Origin: Bulleidia sp.
GTDB lineage: Bacteria; Bacillota_I; Bacilli_A; Erysipelotrichales; Erysipelotrichaceae
DNA: 64,000 nucleotides
Direction: 5' to 3'
Assembly: GCA_963613355.1 (NCBI GenBank)
Contig: CAVDZA010000009.1
Span: forward strand, 4,115 to 68,114
In this document: positions 38,933-48,648 of the stretch, piece after piece
Numbering within the stretch: position 1 is the first letter of the stretch
How the letters are laid out: the number at the start of each line of letters is the position of its first letter
The notes under the pieces: model-generated
What the model was told of the DNA's origin: nothing
Databases searched by the model: none
The model's input: the letters and a program-made list of their open reading frames with translations, nothing else
Position numbers and translations under genes: made by a program

Positions 38933-39512
38933 TCAACCAAGCCTCTAATTTCAAAACAGCTTTTCCTCTATGAGAAATAGAATTCTTTTCATCTTTACTC
39001 ATTTCAGCCATTGTCTTATGAAATGGAGGATAATAAATGATTGGATCATATCCAAAACCATTGTTACCTTTTGCCTCATGTGCGATTTCACATTCAACAG
39101 AATCTTCAAAGACAATAGGTTCTTCATCTTTTCTAGTGATTGCGATTGCACATACATAACGACATGTTCTGTCCTGTTTTCCTTCCATGAGCTCTAAGAC
39201 TTTCTGATTCTTGATATCATAGCTCGTATCATGTCCTAACCATCTAGCACTCATGACACCTGGTTTTTTATCTAACGCATCGATTTCTAATCCAGAATCA
39301 TCTGAAATTGCCATGATTCCATATTGGTCAGTTACTGCTTGTGCCTTAATGATCGCATTATCATGGAATGTCGTTCCATTTTCTTCTACTTCTTTCATAT
39401 CAGGAAAATCAGCTAAAGATTTCACTTCATATCCTTTAGGTTCTAACATTTCTTTAAATTCTTTGATTTTCCCAGCATTTCCACTAGCTACGACGATTAC
39501 TTTATTTTCCAT
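38916..39512 (-). CDS. rdgB: Non-canonical purine NTP pyrophosphatase (Ham1)
   Basis: ASGNAGKIKE, DDSGL, PGVMSAR, GFGYDP and SHR motifs. Confidence 0.95.
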   Translation of the reverse strand: MENKVIVVASGNAGKIKEFKEMLEPKGYEVKSLADFPDMKEVEENGTTFHDNAIIKAQAVTDQYGIMAISDDSGLEIDALDKKPGVMSARWLGHDTSYDIKNQKVLELMEGKQDRTCRYVCAIAITRKDEEPIVFEDSVECEIAHEAKGNNGFGYDPIIYYPPFHKTMAEMSKDEKNSISHRGKAVLKLEAWLNEQNI

Positions 39513-40458
39513 CTCTAAATACTCCTATTAATTTTTCATTTTGATCATCATGATTTAAAAAATCATTGATTTCGCTACTTATTCTATCACTATATTGTGA
39601 GATTCTTCCACAGTCTCTAACATATGGATCGATATATCTTTTCTTTGCGTGAATCACAATACCATTTCCATCTTCTGTAACTTCACAAAGTTGTGTGTAA
39701 TGGATCCATTTTTTATTTAAGGAAATCTTTTGTATAACTGCTTCTTCATCTGTATATAGATCATCATAAGACATGATTTGTTCTTGTATCAATTCTCTTA
39801 GCATTCTAGATAGATGTTCCATCGCATAACGATCTTCTTTAGAAGAATATATTCTTCCACACTTCAATGATAATAAACTAAATGATTCCGCTATATCTGC
39901 ATGTTGAAACATGATTTCTAATTCATTTTCTTCATTCTTACCAATCACAAGATCATCATAAAAGGTCTTTGTTTGTTCTTTTGAACAGAATCCATAATTC
40001 ACGCCATTAGAAAGCGTATATTCTAATCGATCTGCGGATAGTTTAGGAGAGTCATTATCAGCTATCGGATAGATGTGATAATCACAAACTTCATCAATCA
40101 AAATATTGTCTATTTCTAACTGTTTATGAATGATTGGATCATTTAAGATGATTTCTTTTGTCTTTGATTCCGTAGATTCTTGTTTTAAATGATCTCCATT
40201 CAAAAAATCAATCGTATGAGAAAACGCAGGCGTTGAAATATCATGAAATAAACCAGCTAGTGTTTGTTTCCTATCATTCGTGAAATGATAAATCATAGAC
40301 GCAACTCTTAAAGAATGATCATATCTTGTATAGGGTTGAATCGATGAGAATAGAGGCAAACTAGTATAATTAACACCACAATTCATATCAATTTTCTTCA
40401 ATCGTTTTAAAGCTTCACTTTCTAAGTATGGTTTTATAAAATCTGGCATCTCAAACAT
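39502..40458 (-). CDS. HD-domain phosphohydrolase (dNTPase-like motif arrangement)
   Basis: RL..I, RYDHS, GLFHDI.TPAFSH and ADRLEY motifs. Start at ATG 40458 after AAGGAG. Confidence 0.82.
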   Translation of the reverse strand: MFEMPDFIKPYLESEALKRLKKIDMNCGVNYTSLPLFSSIQPYTRYDHSLRVASMIYHFTNDRKQTLAGLFHDISTPAFSHTIDFLNGDHLKQESTESKTKEIILNDPIIHKQLEIDNILIDEVCDYHIYPIADNDSPKLSADRLEYTLSNGVNYGFCSKEQTKTFYDDLVIGKNEENELEIMFQHADIAESFSLLSLKCGRIYSSKEDRYAMEHLSRMLRELIQEQIMSYDDLYTDEEAVIQKISLNKKWIHYTQLCEVTEDGNGIVIHAKKRYIDPYVRDCGRISQYSDRISSEINDFLNHDDQNEKLIGVFRDGK

Positions 40459-40471
40459 AATCGCTCCTTGT

Positions 40472-40494
40472 AAAAAACCTGTGTTCCCACAGGT
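40472..40494 (-). terminator. Intrinsic terminator after the ROK gene
   Basis: ACCTGTG-ttcc-CACAGGT followed by U6 on the minus strand. Confidence 0.7.
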
Positions 40495-41411
40495 CAAATC
40501 AATCCTTTCTCATCTAATCGAATATATTCATAGACTGCACCATATTTTCTAGAATCTTCATGGAATGTAACACCTTTGATTTCAGGTTCAAATACATTCT
40601 TATAAATATCCCCTTCAAATCTTTCATGTACAGCCTTTTCTATCATATCCATGATTGCTGGTTCATCTGTAATATTCCCTGAGATGACAAACGTACTCGC
40701 ATCAATGATACTTTGAATATTATAAATATAATTCGCAAGTCTCTTACAATAGATCTCAACACCTTCAATGATATCTTCTCTACCTCTTGTAAGACCAAAC
40801 ATGATCTTCAAGATATTCATATTTTCTTGTCCAGTCGTTTTCTTAACGATATCTACTAACGCATTCAAAGAACAACTCATCGCAAACATATCTTCATTGT
40901 TCTCTTTTCTTTCATAACAATCTGTTAAATAAGAAAATTCTCCTGCACCAAAATGTGCACCATTAAAGATCTTGCCATGATGAATGATAGCACCACCAAT
41001 ACCAGTTCCTAATAACATCAACATTACACCATTATCAACAAACTTAAGCGAACCATAACCAATCTCCGCAAGCGCTGCAGCCTTCGCATCATTTACGATG
41101 ACTGTTTTTAGACCCGTTATTTCTTTTAATTCCGTCGCTAACGGTTCATTTCTAATAAAGCGGTAAACACCTCCAGAATACGCAATGCCGCATTCTGTAT
41201 CAATGATTCCAGGCATCGTTATCGCTAGACCTTCTACATCATCTTTAAAAGTATCAGCTAGGTCTTTAAAAGCTTGAAAGAAAACATCCCTATCATCAAC
41301 ATCAACACCAACTTTACCATGTTTGATAACATCTAATTTTTCATTCGTGATAGACCATCTCAACCATTTTCTACCAATATCAACTGTCAAAAATTTTCTC
41401 ATTTCATTCAC
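40494..41411 (-). CDS. ROK-family protein with no HTH and a degenerate ATP-binding motif
   Basis: MPG, NDAKAAALAE, LGTGIGG and GAGEF are present, but DIGRK replaces DxGGT. Start is GTG 41411 or ATG 41402. Confidence 0.85.
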   Translation of the reverse strand: MNEMRKFLTVDIGRKWLRWSITNEKLDVIKHGKVGVDVDDRDVFFQAFKDLADTFKDDVEGLAITMPGIIDTECGIAYSGGVYRFIRNEPLATELKEITGLKTVIVNDAKAAALAEIGYGSLKFVDNGVMLMLLGTGIGGAIIHHGKIFNGAHFGAGEFSYLTDCYERKENNEDMFAMSCSLNALVDIVKKTTGQENMNILKIMFGLTRGREDIIEGVEIYCKRLANYIYNIQSIIDASTFVISGNITDEPAIMDMIEKAVHERFEGDIYKNVFEPEIKGVTFHEDSRKYGAVYEYIRLDEKGLI

Positions 41412-41892
41412 CAGCAGAAAGCCATTTACTTAAACTTTTCTTTTTTAATACTTCTTTATATTCTTGAATACTAGTTTCATCTAACGCATATTGAAGAAAC
41501 TTGTCTCTCATCTTACACACATAGTCAGGATCCACATCATAATTGATCATAAGATCTGTACGATTCTTCGCCTGGATCAATGTTTGCCAAGTGATTGCTC
41601 GATATGCAGGAGATGTTATCTTTTGATTGACATGTAAGATCCAATCCATCATTGCCTGATAATAATCGATTTGATGTTCTGTTTCTTCTTTTACTTCAAT
41701 CAGTGAAATCAATCTTTCTTCTTGTGTAATGATCTGATGCCCTCCAACTCTATCCGTTAAAGGAGAACGAACGTTATTGATTTCATGAAGTGTTTCTTCG
41801 AGATCTAACTTTGTTTTTTGAAGTTGAGAATCATACTTAAAATAATTTCTGCATTCTTTCTTATACAATTGTATCCAATCAGTATTACTCAT
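41404..41892 (-). CDS. Hypothetical protein resembling RinA/ArpU-type transcriptional activators
   Basis: Y...L..LEE.L..V.SP...EERL..LIE.KE helical pattern plus a C-terminal HTH-like segment. Probable start ATG 41892 (GAGGA RBS; ATGAGTAA overlap with the upstream stop). Confidence 0.55.
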   Translation of the reverse strand: MSNTDWIQLYKKECRNYFKYDSQLQKTKLDLEETLHEINNVRSPLTDRVGGHQIITQEERLISLIEVKEETEHQIDYYQAMMDWILHVNQKITSPAYRAITWQTLIQAKNRTDLMINYDVDPDYVCKMRDKFLQYALDETSIQEYKEVLKKKSLSKWLSAGE

Positions 41893-42211
41893 CGTCATCC
41901 TCAAATACCTCATCGATCCATTTATATAATGAAACCTGTAACGCACGACGAGTCAAACCATATTTCTCAGCCACTTCTATTTGAGATTGACCTTCTACAC
42001 ATAAAAGCCAGATCATCACTTTCGCACTTGTTCCACATTTATCATCTATATCTTGAAAAGTAGATTCTACAAAATGAATATCATCTTCTAGAAAAGAGTA
42101 AAACATATCATCACCTTTTCCATTTGTATGATATAAAGACAATGTTGTTTTTTCACTTTTATATACGCGACAACTAGCCTTAAAAGATGCCCACTTTTCT
42201 TTTTTATTCAT
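41885..42211 (-). CDS. Small sigma70-region-4/RinA-like HTH protein
   Basis: IWLLCVEGQSQIEVAEKYGLTRRAL HTH; TGTTATAAT lies 6 nt upstream of the ATG. Confidence 0.65.
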   Translation of the reverse strand: MNKKEKWASFKASCRVYKSEKTTLSLYHTNGKGDDMFYSFLEDDIHFVESTFQDIDDKCGTSAKVMIWLLCVEGQSQIEVAEKYGLTRRALQVSLYKWIDEVFEDDDE

Positions 42212-42226
42212 GAAACAATTATAACA

Positions 42227-42259
42227 TAAAAGATAGCCAAGCTATGAGCTTAGCTATCT
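42227..42259 (-). terminator. Terminator after the DUF853 gene
   Basis: AGATAGCCAAGCT-atg-AGCTTAGCTATCT hairpin (one G-U pair on the minus strand) plus a U-run. Confidence 0.7.
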
Positions 42260-42262
42260 ATC

Positions 42263-43765
42263 TTATTTTAAGAATGATTTTAAGAATTTCTTAGCGGAAC
42301 GAACACCAATATTGATCAATTCATTCTCTGCTTTATTTTGAAGTTTCTTTGCGATCCTAGAAGCTTCTTTTGACTTCTGTGCCTCAGCACGTGCTTCTTG
42401 TTTCGCTTCTTCTTTCGCTTTGGCTTGTTCAACCTTTTCTTGTTGTTTTGCCTCTTCTTGTTTTTGTTTTTCTTCTTCAGCTTCTTTCTTTAATTCATCC
42501 ATCTTCTCATAAGCACTTTCAGGATCAACATCATCCCAATATTTACTCTTGAGTGAATCAGAATTAATTGCGCTTTGAACAGCTGAATCATCAGCAGCCT
42601 TCATAGAAGACATTGGAGGCAAGATCTTTGTTTCTTGAACAACAGTTGGAGCACCTTCTTCATCTAAAACAGAAACTAATGCGTGACCTGTCTTCATTGT
42701 TGTAATGACATCTTCTGTCTTTAGATCTGGATTGACTCTAAATGCTTGAGCAGCCTCTTTAACGCTCTTGATCTCAGCTGGTGTATAAGCTCTTAAGGCA
42801 TGTTGAATACGGTTTGATAATTGTGCCAATACAGAGTCAGGAATATCTGTAGGAGATTGTGTAACAAAGAAGATACCAACTCCTTTAGAACGAATCAACT
42901 TAACGATCTGTTCAACTTTATCTAACAATGCCTTAGATGCGTTATCAAATAATAGATGTGCTTCATCAAAGAAGAATACGATCTTAGGTTTATCACAATC
43001 ACCAACTTCAGGCATATTCTGATATAAAGTATCTAATAACCATAATAGGAATGTTGAATATAACATTGGATGTTGGAATAATTTCTCACATTCCAAGATA
43101 TTCATTACACCTTGACCATTATTTACTTGCATGAGATCTTCAATATTTAAGCCAGGCATTCCAAATAACTTGTCACCTTCTTGTTGTTCTAACTCAAGAA
43201 GCTTTCTTTGAATGCCACCAATGGATTGTTTGGAAACAGAACCATACTTTGTTGTGAGATCCTTAGCATTGTCTCCAACATATGTACACATCGCTTGTAG
43301 ATCTTTTAAATCAATGATATCTAGATTTTGATCTTCTGCACACTTAAAGATGATATTCAATACACCTTCTTGTGCATCCGTTAAATCTAAGATCCTCGCT
43401 AAAAGAATAGGATCCATTTCCTGCATGACTGCACGCATTGGAAGTCCTCTTTCTTTATAGACATCAAAGAAATGTACTGGATAATTCTTGACCGTAAAAT
43501 CCTTGATTCCCATAGAATCTAATCTTTCTTGAATACCAGCTTGATCACCAGCATTTAACATACCTGTTAGATCACCTTTGACATCGGCAATGAATGAAGG
43601 TACACCTGCGTCACTTAAACTTTCCGCAACGACTTTCAATGTAACGGTCTTACCTGTACCACTCGCACCAGCAATCAAACCATGACGATTCATCTGGTTC
43701 AATAACATATTTACTTCATCTTTTTCATTTGCGATTCCTAATAAGATCTTATTATCCTTGTACAT
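42263..43765 (-). CDS. HerA-like P-loop ATPase (DUF853/YjgR family)
   Basis: NRHGLIAGASGTGKT, DVKGDL, FFDEAH, RSKGVG, VTQSP and NRIQHALRAYTP motifs. Confidence 0.9.
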   Translation of the reverse strand: MYKDNKILLGIANEKDEVNMLLNQMNRHGLIAGASGTGKTVTLKVVAESLSDAGVPSFIADVKGDLTGMLNAGDQAGIQERLDSMGIKDFTVKNYPVHFFDVYKERGLPMRAVMQEMDPILLARILDLTDAQEGVLNIIFKCAEDQNLDIIDLKDLQAMCTYVGDNAKDLTTKYGSVSKQSIGGIQRKLLELEQQEGDKLFGMPGLNIEDLMQVNNGQGVMNILECEKLFQHPMLYSTFLLWLLDTLYQNMPEVGDCDKPKIVFFFDEAHLLFDNASKALLDKVEQIVKLIRSKGVGIFFVTQSPTDIPDSVLAQLSNRIQHALRAYTPAEIKSVKEAAQAFRVNPDLKTEDVITTMKTGHALVSVLDEEGAPTVVQETKILPPMSSMKAADDSAVQSAINSDSLKSKYWDDVDPESAYEKMDELKKEAEEEKQKQEEAKQQEKVEQAKAKEEAKQEARAEAQKSKEASRIAKKLQNKAENELINIGVRSAKKFLKSFLK

Positions 43766-43787
43766 ATCTTTACCCCCTTTAATTCTT

Positions 43788-45062
43788 TTATGCTAGACAG
43801 ATTCCACCTACATTACGGATCCTTAGAATGTAACAACATCCTTCACCAAATGTAGATTCCATCATTTCAATAAAATGATTTGTTGTTTCTTTCTTAACAA
43901 ATGCTTGGATCGTACCGGCAAATCCACCACCATGTACACGATAAGCACCATTTTCTCCAATTACAGCTTCAGATAACGCAAGTCCTACTGCGACTGCTTG
44001 AGAGTTTGGTGTTTGTGGTACAGAGATATTCTGTAAGTACATCCAAGAAGAATGTCCAGATTCACGAACCAATTTTAAGAATTCATTGATATCTTTCTTT
44101 TGTAGCGCATCAGCTTCTTTTTGCGCTCTATCCGTTTCTTGTAAGAAATGATAAGCACGTAAGAAAGCTCTATCACCACATGTTTCTCTAATTTCTTTAA
44201 CATGTGTTAATAATTCATCCATCGTACTTTCTCCAAGTACTTCATGTCCTAACACTTTAGCTGCAGCTTTCATTTCTGCAGGCACTAATGAGTATTCATC
44301 ACTTAGATCTGCGTGAGATGCTTTTACATCAGTGATGATCAAATCATATCCATAATCCGCAGGATCAAATGGAACTTTAACGACGATAGGATTTTCTGGA
44401 TCTTTGAAATCCATAGACGCAAATGATCCAACAGAACATGCCATTTGATCAAGAAGACCACTTGCCTTCATGAAGTAAACGTTCTCTGCATATTGTCCGA
44501 TCTTAGCGATATCTTCACTAGAAACTTTTCCATCATTATAAAGTTCATTTTGGATCGTTCCTAATAATACTTCAAAGGCAGCACTACTAGACATGCCTCC
44601 ACCATTGATGACATCACTTTCTGCGTAGCACTTAAAACCACCAGCGTTATATCCACGTTTGTTAAGACCAGCAGCTACGCCACGAATCAAAGCTTCTGTA
44701 CTATTCTTTTCATCAGGATTGATCTGTGTATCAGCTACATCAACAGGTTTTACAGAATATCCTTTTGATTCATAAGTAACGATAGAATCATTTGTAGGAA
44801 TGACACAAGCTACGACATCTAGATTTAAAGAAGCAGCTAACACCTTTCCTAATTGATGGTCTGTGTGGTTACCACCAACTTCTGTTCTTCCAGGAGCTGA
44901 AAAGAGTTTCGCTTCTTCATCTCCAAAAGCATCTTTCGCACTCGTTAAGATCGAAACATAACGTTTTGTTTGATCGTTAAGTGCTTGTTCACCATAAAGT
45001 TCAACTAATTTATCATTTAGTTTTCCTTCCTGAATGAATGTGATAAGTTCTGAAATTTTCAT
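43788..45062 (-). CDS. galK: Galactokinase (GHMP kinase)
   Basis: SAPGRTEVGGNHTDH, GGGMSSSAA, SGLLDQ and RVHGGGFAG motifs. Confidence 0.85.
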   Translation of the reverse strand: MKISELITFIQEGKLNDKLVELYGEQALNDQTKRYVSILTSAKDAFGDEEAKLFSAPGRTEVGGNHTDHQLGKVLAASLNLDVVACVIPTNDSIVTYESKGYSVKPVDVADTQINPDEKNSTEALIRGVAAGLNKRGYNAGGFKCYAESDVINGGGMSSSAAFEVLLGTIQNELYNDGKVSSEDIAKIGQYAENVYFMKASGLLDQMACSVGSFASMDFKDPENPIVVKVPFDPADYGYDLIITDVKASHADLSDEYSLVPAEMKAAAKVLGHEVLGESTMDELLTHVKEIRETCGDRAFLRAYHFLQETDRAQKEADALQKKDINEFLKLVRESGHSSWMYLQNISVPQTPNSQAVAVGLALSEAVIGENGAYRVHGGGFAGTIQAFVKKETTNHFIEMMESTFGEGCCYILRIRNVGGICLA

Positions 45063-45076
45063 ATTATTCTCCTAGG

Positions 45077-45751
45077 CTATTTCGCCATTTTTTCAAAAGC
45101 ATCTTTCGCAGCGTTTTGTTCTGCTTGCTTTTTTGAAACACCTTTACCTGTCCCTAAGATGATATTGTCCATGACACAATTCATCACAAACTCTGGGGCG
45201 TTTGCGGGACCTTTTTCAGAAACAAGTTTGTAGGATACTGTACGTTTTGTATCAGCTTGTACAAATTCTTGTAGTTTACTTTTATAATCATGGATCGTTT
45301 GAATATTCTCTGGATGAGATAGCTGAGGAGTAATACAATCATTCAAGATATTATCCACTGCTTTCATACCTTGATCTAAGAATAAAGCTCCTAAGAATGC
45401 CTCAAACGCATCCGCAATGATCGCATCTTTGTTTCTACCACCAGTCTTTTCTTCTCCAACGCCTAGTAATAAGAAATCATTTAAATGTAGATTTCTTCCA
45501 TACATGGCTAATGCTTTTTCACAAACTAACTTGGCTCTAAGTTGAGTCATCTGTCCTTCTGATAGATTCAATGGCCATATTGCACGTGAACTCCAAAGTT
45601 GTAATACCGCATCTCCCATGAATTCTAATCTTTCATTATCATGAAATTGTTTATGTTCATGCGCATAACTACTATGCATAAAAGCCTGTTCGATCATTTT
45701 TGTATTTTCAACTGTAATATTTCTATTTTTCAACCAATCAATAATTGTCAA
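45077..45751 (-). CDS. rnc: Ribonuclease III
   Basis: NERLEFMGDAVL and ADAFEA motifs, dsRBD DYKSKLQE...SKKQAEQNAA; TTG start after GGAGG. Confidence 0.96.
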   Translation of the reverse strand: MTIIDWLKNRNITVENTKMIEQAFMHSSYAHEHKQFHDNERLEFMGDAVLQLWSSRAIWPLNLSEGQMTQLRAKLVCEKALAMYGRNLHLNDFLLLGVGEEKTGGRNKDAIIADAFEAFLGALFLDQGMKAVDNILNDCITPQLSHPENIQTIHDYKSKLQEFVQADTKRTVSYKLVSEKGPANAPEFVMNCVMDNIILGTGKGVSKKQAEQNAAKDAFEKMAK

Positions 45752-45762
45752 AATATATCCTC

Positions 45763-47775
45763 CTAATCAACGTATTCACTATTTTCTTCACGTCTTTTTC
45801 TAACGCTTTCAAGAATACGAATATAATCTGGATTATCTTCCCTTTGTATGATCTTCTTCGCATCTTCTTTACATACATTGATCATATTTGTATCTTCATA
45901 TAGATTTCCTAAGATAAGATCTGGAACACCAGATTGCCTTGTACCTAGTATATCACCTGGACCTCTTAAACGTAAATCTTCATAAGAAATCTCAAATCCA
46001 TTATTACTCTTCACAAGAACATTTAAACGTTCAATGACATCTTGATTTTTATTGTTTGTTAACAACCAACATTTTCCTCTTTCACTTCCTCTTTGGATCC
46101 TTCCTCTTAATTGATGTAATTGAGAAAGTCCAAATCGATCCGCATCATAAATGATCATTCCTGTAGCGTTAATAACATTCATTCCAACTTCTACAACAGT
46201 TGTTGATACAAGAACTTGTATTTGATTGTCATAGAATTCCTGCATGATCTTCTGTTTATCATCTGATGACATCTTTCCATGCAACATGCCTACTTTTTTT
46301 GGTGAAAATAGTTTAGAAAGATTCTCACACATTTGATACACATCTCTTGCCTTGTAGTCTTCATTTTCTTCTACTGCTGCACAGATTACATATAACTGAT
46401 GTCCAGAATCTAAGATTTCATTTACTTCATCTAATACAGAACGAAATGAATTCTCTTGGATCAATGTCGTAATTGGTTCTTTTCGACCTTCAGGCATCGT
46501 TTCAATCGTGCTTACTTCCATATCTCCAAAGATACTAGAAGCTAATGTTCTAGGAATTGGTGTAGCAGACATCAATAGAAAATCCGTATTATTTCCTTTT
46601 AAGCGTAAGGCTTTTCGCTGTTCTACGCCAAACCGTTGTTGTTCATCAGCAACGACATAACCGAGATCTTTAAAATGTACGTTTTCTTGTATCAACGCAT
46701 GTGTACCAATCAAGATATCAATATCACCATTTTCACACTCATCTAATATCTTTCTTTTTTCTACATTAGATAATCCTGAATACAATACTTCAATACGAAT
46801 CGAATCATCACTGATCAATTTTCTCAAGGAATCTAGATGTTGTTTCGCTAAGATCTCCGTTGGTGCTAATAATGCACTTTGGTACCCACTTAACGCACAT
46901 GCATATAAAGATAAAGCTGCGACTACTGTCTTTCCACAACCTACGTCTCCTTGTACCAAACGATACATTGGTTTTGAAGAAGATAGATCTTTTAAGATAG
47001 AATCCAAAGTCTCATATTGGTCTTTTGTAAGTGGAAAAGGCAATTGAGAAATCTTAGATTGGACTTTCTTTAAATCAAATCGTTTCGGTTCCTTATAGAC
47101 CATAAGTCCTTCTTCATTCTTATTCATTTGTATCGCAAGAAAGAAACGTAAAAATTCTTCATACTTCAAAGTTCTATATGCTTGTTTCGTATCTTCCTCA
47201 TTTTCAGGAAAATGAATTCTTCTGATTGCTTCACTTCTTCTTAATAAACGATATTTTCGAATCATTTCTTCAGGTACATAATCAACGATTTCATTTTGTA
47301 CGACTTCATATACTTTCTGAATCGAATCACGTATCGTTCTTTGTTGGATTCCTTCCTTCAAAGAATATACAGGAGTAATCGAATCATGTTCTTCTAATGA
47401 TTTTAGATCATAGTTCATCGCAGTCACTTTATAATTTCCCATGTAGATACCAGTTATCGTCATCTTTGTATTCAAAGTCAACTTACTAGCCCATGGACGA
47501 TTAAAGATCGTAACTTTCAATACATGATCTTCATGCATGACTTGAAAAGAACTAGATACAAATCTCCCTTTTCGAAAAGTAGATACTCTAGAAATCAATT
47601 CGCATTCAAAAGTAACTTTTTCTTTTAGATTCCATTCATTGATTGGTTTTGTAGAAATCACATCATAACGATATGGATAATACGATAATAATTGATCCGT
47701 ATCATGAATATTTAATCGTTCTAATGCTTCTAAACGTTTCTTAGAAAAATGAAAAGTCTTGTCTGTTAGATCCAT
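45763..47775 (-). CDS. recG: ATP-dependent DNA helicase RecG
   Basis: QGDVGCGKT, APTEILA, DEQQRFG, SATPIPR, QLHQLRGR and DLRLRGPG motifs. Confidence 0.96.
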   Translation of the reverse strand: MDLTDKTFHFSKKRLEALERLNIHDTDQLLSYYPYRYDVISTKPINEWNLKEKVTFECELISRVSTFRKGRFVSSSFQVMHEDHVLKVTIFNRPWASKLTLNTKMTITGIYMGNYKVTAMNYDLKSLEEHDSITPVYSLKEGIQQRTIRDSIQKVYEVVQNEIVDYVPEEMIRKYRLLRRSEAIRRIHFPENEEDTKQAYRTLKYEEFLRFFLAIQMNKNEEGLMVYKEPKRFDLKKVQSKISQLPFPLTKDQYETLDSILKDLSSSKPMYRLVQGDVGCGKTVVAALSLYACALSGYQSALLAPTEILAKQHLDSLRKLISDDSIRIEVLYSGLSNVEKRKILDECENGDIDILIGTHALIQENVHFKDLGYVVADEQQRFGVEQRKALRLKGNNTDFLLMSATPIPRTLASSIFGDMEVSTIETMPEGRKEPITTLIQENSFRSVLDEVNEILDSGHQLYVICAAVEENEDYKARDVYQMCENLSKLFSPKKVGMLHGKMSSDDKQKIMQEFYDNQIQVLVSTTVVEVGMNVINATGMIIYDADRFGLSQLHQLRGRIQRGSERGKCWLLTNNKNQDVIERLNVLVKSNNGFEISYEDLRLRGPGDILGTRQSGVPDLILGNLYEDTNMINVCKEDAKKIIQREDNPDYIRILESVRKRREENSEYVD

Positions 47776-47849
47776 GTCACAATTATAACATTTCTAGAAA
47801 TCTATAAAGAATATCTCTTTAATATTTGATAATTCATTCAAAGAAAACA

Positions 47850-47872
47850 AAGAAGGATCAAAAGATCCTTCT
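47850..47872 (-). terminator. Terminator after the LURP-one-like gene
   Basis: AGAAGGATC-aaaa-GATCCTTCT. Confidence 0.7.
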
Positions 47873-47878
47873 AAATGT

Positions 47879-48577
47879 TTAATTTGAATTCGAAGATGAT
47901 GATGAAGATGCTGCAGAGGCTGCAGAAGCACTAGAAGCAGAAGTAGCTGCTTGACTTCTTTCTCTCATCATATGTTGTAATCCTACTACGATTGCCACGA
48001 TCTTAGCTTCTTGAGAAACGTCATAGATATCAATGGAATATTTATCATGGACAGATAATACCTTTTGACCAATATACGCAATCAAATGTCCTTCACTATC
48101 TTTGATCGTAAAATTCAATCCAAGAATATTACCTTCTAGCTTCCATCCTAATCCTTCAACATTCGTAATATCTTTAATGATATGAAATAACTCATTACTT
48201 AGCTGGAACTCTGTTCCATCAGACATAGTAATAAATCTTCTTTCATGTATTGTAAAGAACTTACGACGAATATTCGCTACAACAGCACCTGTAGAATTTG
48301 TGATCTGCGTACTATCATGAAGTGTAAAGAACTTTGTCTGAGAATGATAAACAACGTTATCATTTTCATCCGTAATATCTGTCGCTTGATGTAGTGTAAA
48401 TACTTTTGTTGAGATATACAAACTCTTTTGTGGATCACCATAATTATTGGAAATATCCGTATGTACCTTTTGTTGATTCTTGTGATAACGTGATTTTCTA
48501 AATAAAGTAATCACAAATAAGATTACGAAAAGAAAGACAACGATACCTATTATTGTAATAATATCTTCATCACTCAT
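47879..48577 (-). CDS. Membrane-anchored LURP-one/Tubby-C-like (scramblase-fold) protein with a Ser/Ala-rich tail
   Basis: N-terminal TM; repeated K.FT.H....I.D pattern and W.LEGN...NF.I typical of LURP-one/YxjI. Start at ATG 48577 after AAGGAG. Confidence 0.7.
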   Translation of the reverse strand: MSDEDIITIIGIVVFLFVILFVITLFRKSRYHKNQQKVHTDISNNYGDPQKSLYISTKVFTLHQATDITDENDNVVYHSQTKFFTLHDSTQITNSTGAVVANIRRKFFTIHERRFITMSDGTEFQLSNELFHIIKDITNVEGLGWKLEGNILGLNFTIKDSEGHLIAYIGQKVLSVHDKYSIDIYDVSQEAKIVAIVVGLQHMMRERSQAATSASSASAASAASSSSSSNSN

Positions 48578-48613
48578 AAAAATTACTCCTTTATTTTTAA
48601 AATTATAGCATAC

Positions 48614-48646
48614 GAAAAAAGAATGTGATTTATGAAACCACATCCT
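48614..48646 (-). terminator. Probable terminator after polC
   Basis: Imperfect AAGGATGTGGTTT/AAATCACATTCTT hairpin plus U6 on the minus strand. Confidence 0.55.
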
Positions 48647-48648
48647 TG

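Noticed and set aside
41404..42211. Prophage remnant suggested by the RinA/ArpU-like genes
   Set aside because: There is no integrase, structural, terminase or lysis gene and no att-like repeats; the flanks are housekeeping genes. Kept only as a possibly domesticated module.
42263..43765. HerA-like ATPase as an anti-phage defence system
   Set aside because: Its motifs fit the widespread DUF853/YjgR family, and no Sir2, NurA or nuclease partner is adjacent.
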